A DNA stretch of 64,000 bases from NCBI GenBank assembly GCA_964016885.1, contig OZ024759.1:25296001-25360000 (forward strand), written 5' to 3'. Each line of letters begins with the position of its first letter. Position 1 is the first letter of the stretch. Source of the DNA: Eledone cirrhosa (Eukaryota). Below are positions 61,137-64,000 of the stretch, one piece after another. The translations under genes were made by a program, and so were the position numbers. A model generated the notes under the pieces. The model ran no database searches and was not told where the DNA came from. It worked only from the letters and a program-made list of their open reading frames with translations.

Positions 61137-64000
61137 AATCTTATCTTAACTTCTTTATTTTTCCTAATCAATGTTTTATTATAAAGTTGTGAATGTAAAT
61201 ATGGCGAATAATTTCTCTTATTCTCAAATCCTTTTCTCTTTTTGCCCCCATCCCCCGTCGTTCTCTCTGTCTTGCCTCCTTTTCACTCAACATCCCTCCC
61301 TCTCTCTCTCTGTCTTCACATATGACCCCTTCCTACCACCACACTGTCTTCTTTCTGCCACTCTACCCTCACCTCTTCTCTTCTCCGTTCACTCTCCTGG
61401 AGTAAAATTGCGGGTGTGCAAAATCATCAATTTTAGTCAAGGGGGAAGTAATTCTGTAAGCACACTACCTCCTACCCCCATACTATCTTCTTTCTGTCTC
61501 TCTCACCAACAAACGTAAACACTCTCACTTCCCCTCCTCTCCGCTCTTTCGCTTAGAATAGTATTGCGGGTGTGCAATATCATAACTCTTTTACAGTCAA
61601 GTGGTAGTAAATCTGTAAACTTACAGAACGACACCAAGTCCCTACTTGGGCGCTCTACCAGGTAAAAATATCTCGAACAAAATGAATTAATAAAACACGA
61701 CTATGAAACATCAATGTATTCGCCATAATTATATTCACAACTTTATAATAAAACATTGATAAGGAAAAATAACGAAGTAAAGATAAGATTAAAACCTGAA
61801 CTTCGTGAAGTTCCGTTAAAAGTATCCATGTTGCCTTGGTAGACGACAGTATATATGTAAATATAGCTGGAAACCTGTATAAGTTTATGTATGCATATAT
61901 AAATTGTCTTATTTACATAAGTATTTTTCTAATATCGTGTTTAAAATATTTGATAATATATCGTCTGACTTTATTCCAGTTAATCACTACATAGCTCTCA
62001 ACTCATTCGCCTTTATTTACTTACTGTCTCTCCCTTCTTTGTCCCTTTCTCTATGTTTCCCCCTCTTTCTTACACTTGTCTTACACTACGCTTTCTCCTT
62101 TTTCTCTGTCTTGCCTCCTATTCACTCAACATCTCTCTCTCTCTTTGCAGCACCTCTGTATTTCTCTCCCTCTCTCTGTCTTCACATATGACCCCTTCCT
62201 ATCACCACACTATCTTCTTTGTCCCTCTCACCTCACCTCTTCTCCGTTTACTCTCCTGGAGTAAAATTGCGGGTGTGCAAAATCAGATCAATTTTAGTCA
62301 AGGGGGAAGTAATTCTGTAAGCACACTGCCTCCTACCCCCATACTATCTTCTTTCTGTCTCTCTCACCAGCAAACGTAAACACTCTCACTTCCCCTCCTC
62401 TCCGATCTCTCTCTCTTAGAATAGTATTGCGGGTGTGCAATATCAGACATACAGAACGACACCAAGTCCCTACTTAGGCGCTCTACCAGGTTCAAATATC
62501 TCGAACAAAATGAATTAATAAAACACGACTATGAAACATCAATGTATTCGCCATAATTATATTCACAACTTTATAATAAAACATTGATAAAGAAAAATAA
62601 CGAAGTAAAGATAAGATTAAAACCTGAACTTCGTGAAGTTCCGTTAAAAGTATCCATGTTGCCTTGGTAGACGACAGTATATATGTAAATATAGCTGTAA
62701 ACCTGTATAAATTTATGTATGCATATATAAATTGTCTTATTTACATAAGTATTTTTCTCATATCGTGTTTAAAATATTTGATAATATATCGTCTGGCTTT
62801 ATTCCAGTTAATCACTACATAGCTCTCAACTCATTCGCCTTTATTTACTTACGGTCTCTCCCTTTCTTTTTGTTTCCCCCTCTTTCTTACACTACGCTTT
62901 CTCCTTTTTCTCTTTTTGTCCCCATCTGCTGCCGTTTTCTCTGTCTTGCCTCCTATTCACTCAACATCCCTCTCTCTCTCTTTGCAGCACCTCTGTATTT
63001 CTCTCCCTCTTAACCCCCCTCTCTCTGTCTTCACATATGACCCCTCCTACCACCACACTATCTTTTTTCTGTCCCTCTCACTTCACCTCTTCTCTCCCCT
63101 GGAGTCAAATTGCGGGTGTGCAAAATCAGATAAATTTTACAGTCAACGGGGAAGTAATTCTGTAAGCATACTGCCTCCTACCACGATACTATCCTCTTTC
63201 TGTCTCTCTCACCAACAAACGTAAACACTCTCACTTCCCCTCCTCTCCGCTCTCTCTTAGAATAGTATTGCGGGTGTGCAATATCAGATCTCTTTTACAG
63301 TCAAGTGGTAGTAAATCTGAAAACTTACAGAACGACACCATGTCCCTACTTGGGCGCTCTACCAGGTAAAAATATCTCGAACAAAATAAATAAATTATTA
63401 AAACATTATTGTATTCGCCATAATTACATTCATAACAAAAAGAAAGGGACAAAGGAGGGAGAGAGAGACAGTAAGTAAATAAAGGCGAATGAGTTGAGAG
63501 CTTTGTCGTGATTAACTGGAATAAAGCCAGACGACATAATATGAAATATTAAACACGATATTAGAAAAATAGACAATTTATATATATGCATACATAAATA
63601 TATACAAGTTTTGCAGCTATATTTACATATATACTGTCGTCTACCAAGGCAACATGGATACTTTTAACGGAACTTCACGAAGTTCAGGTTTTAATCTTAT
63701 CTTTACTTCGTTATAGCGAATACATTGATGTTTCATAGTCGTGTTTTATTAATTCATTTTGTTCGAGATATTTTTACCTGGTAGAGCGTCCACGTAGGGA
63801 CTTGGTGTCGTTCTGTAAGTTTACAGATTTACTACCACTTTACAGTAAAAGATCTGATATTGCACACCCGCAATACTATTCTAAGAGAGAGCGGAGAGGA
63901 GGGGAAGTGAGAGTGTTTACGTTTGTTGGTGAGAGAGACAGAAAGAAGATAGTATGGGGGTAGGAGGCAGTGTGCTTACAGAATTACTTCCCCCTTGACT
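61137..64000. repeat. ~830-880-bp tandem repeat (about 2.7 copies) followed by an inverted copy from ~63440
   Basis: Anchors tgtcttgcctcct at 61268/62107/62942 and gcgctctaccagg at 61650/62478/63354. Region 63440-64000 is the reverse complement of the unit. Confidence 0.92.

Overview
AT-rich, repeat-dense eukaryotic DNA. The tRNA-derived SINEs, RTE/R4-Dong/Penelope/CR1 LINEs and long (TA)n/(GA)n microsatellites suggest an octopus genome (inference). The main result is a 12-exon minus-strand gene (~60782->40609) that I assembled by hand from GT-AG sites with consistent intron phases. It gives 452 aa with an N-terminal TRFH-like helical domain, a linker and a C-terminal telobox Myb domain (VNLKDKWRT), i.e. 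a TRF1/TRF2-type shelterin telomere-binding factor. A long orphan plus-strand coding exon lies at 23453-24260. The rest is mostly mobile DNA: PHD-containing RTE LINEs with partner SINEs, a Penelope element with a hammerhead-like core, a split CRE element, R4/Dong, Tx1, CR1 and Rex3-like fragments, mariners, piggyBac-type MITEs, a non-autonomous Helitron, several palindromes, minisatellites and a ~840-bp tandem-plus-inverted repeat upstream of the TRF gene. Most ORFs in the supplied track are microsatellite artefacts. All family assignments rest on recalled motifs, not database searches.
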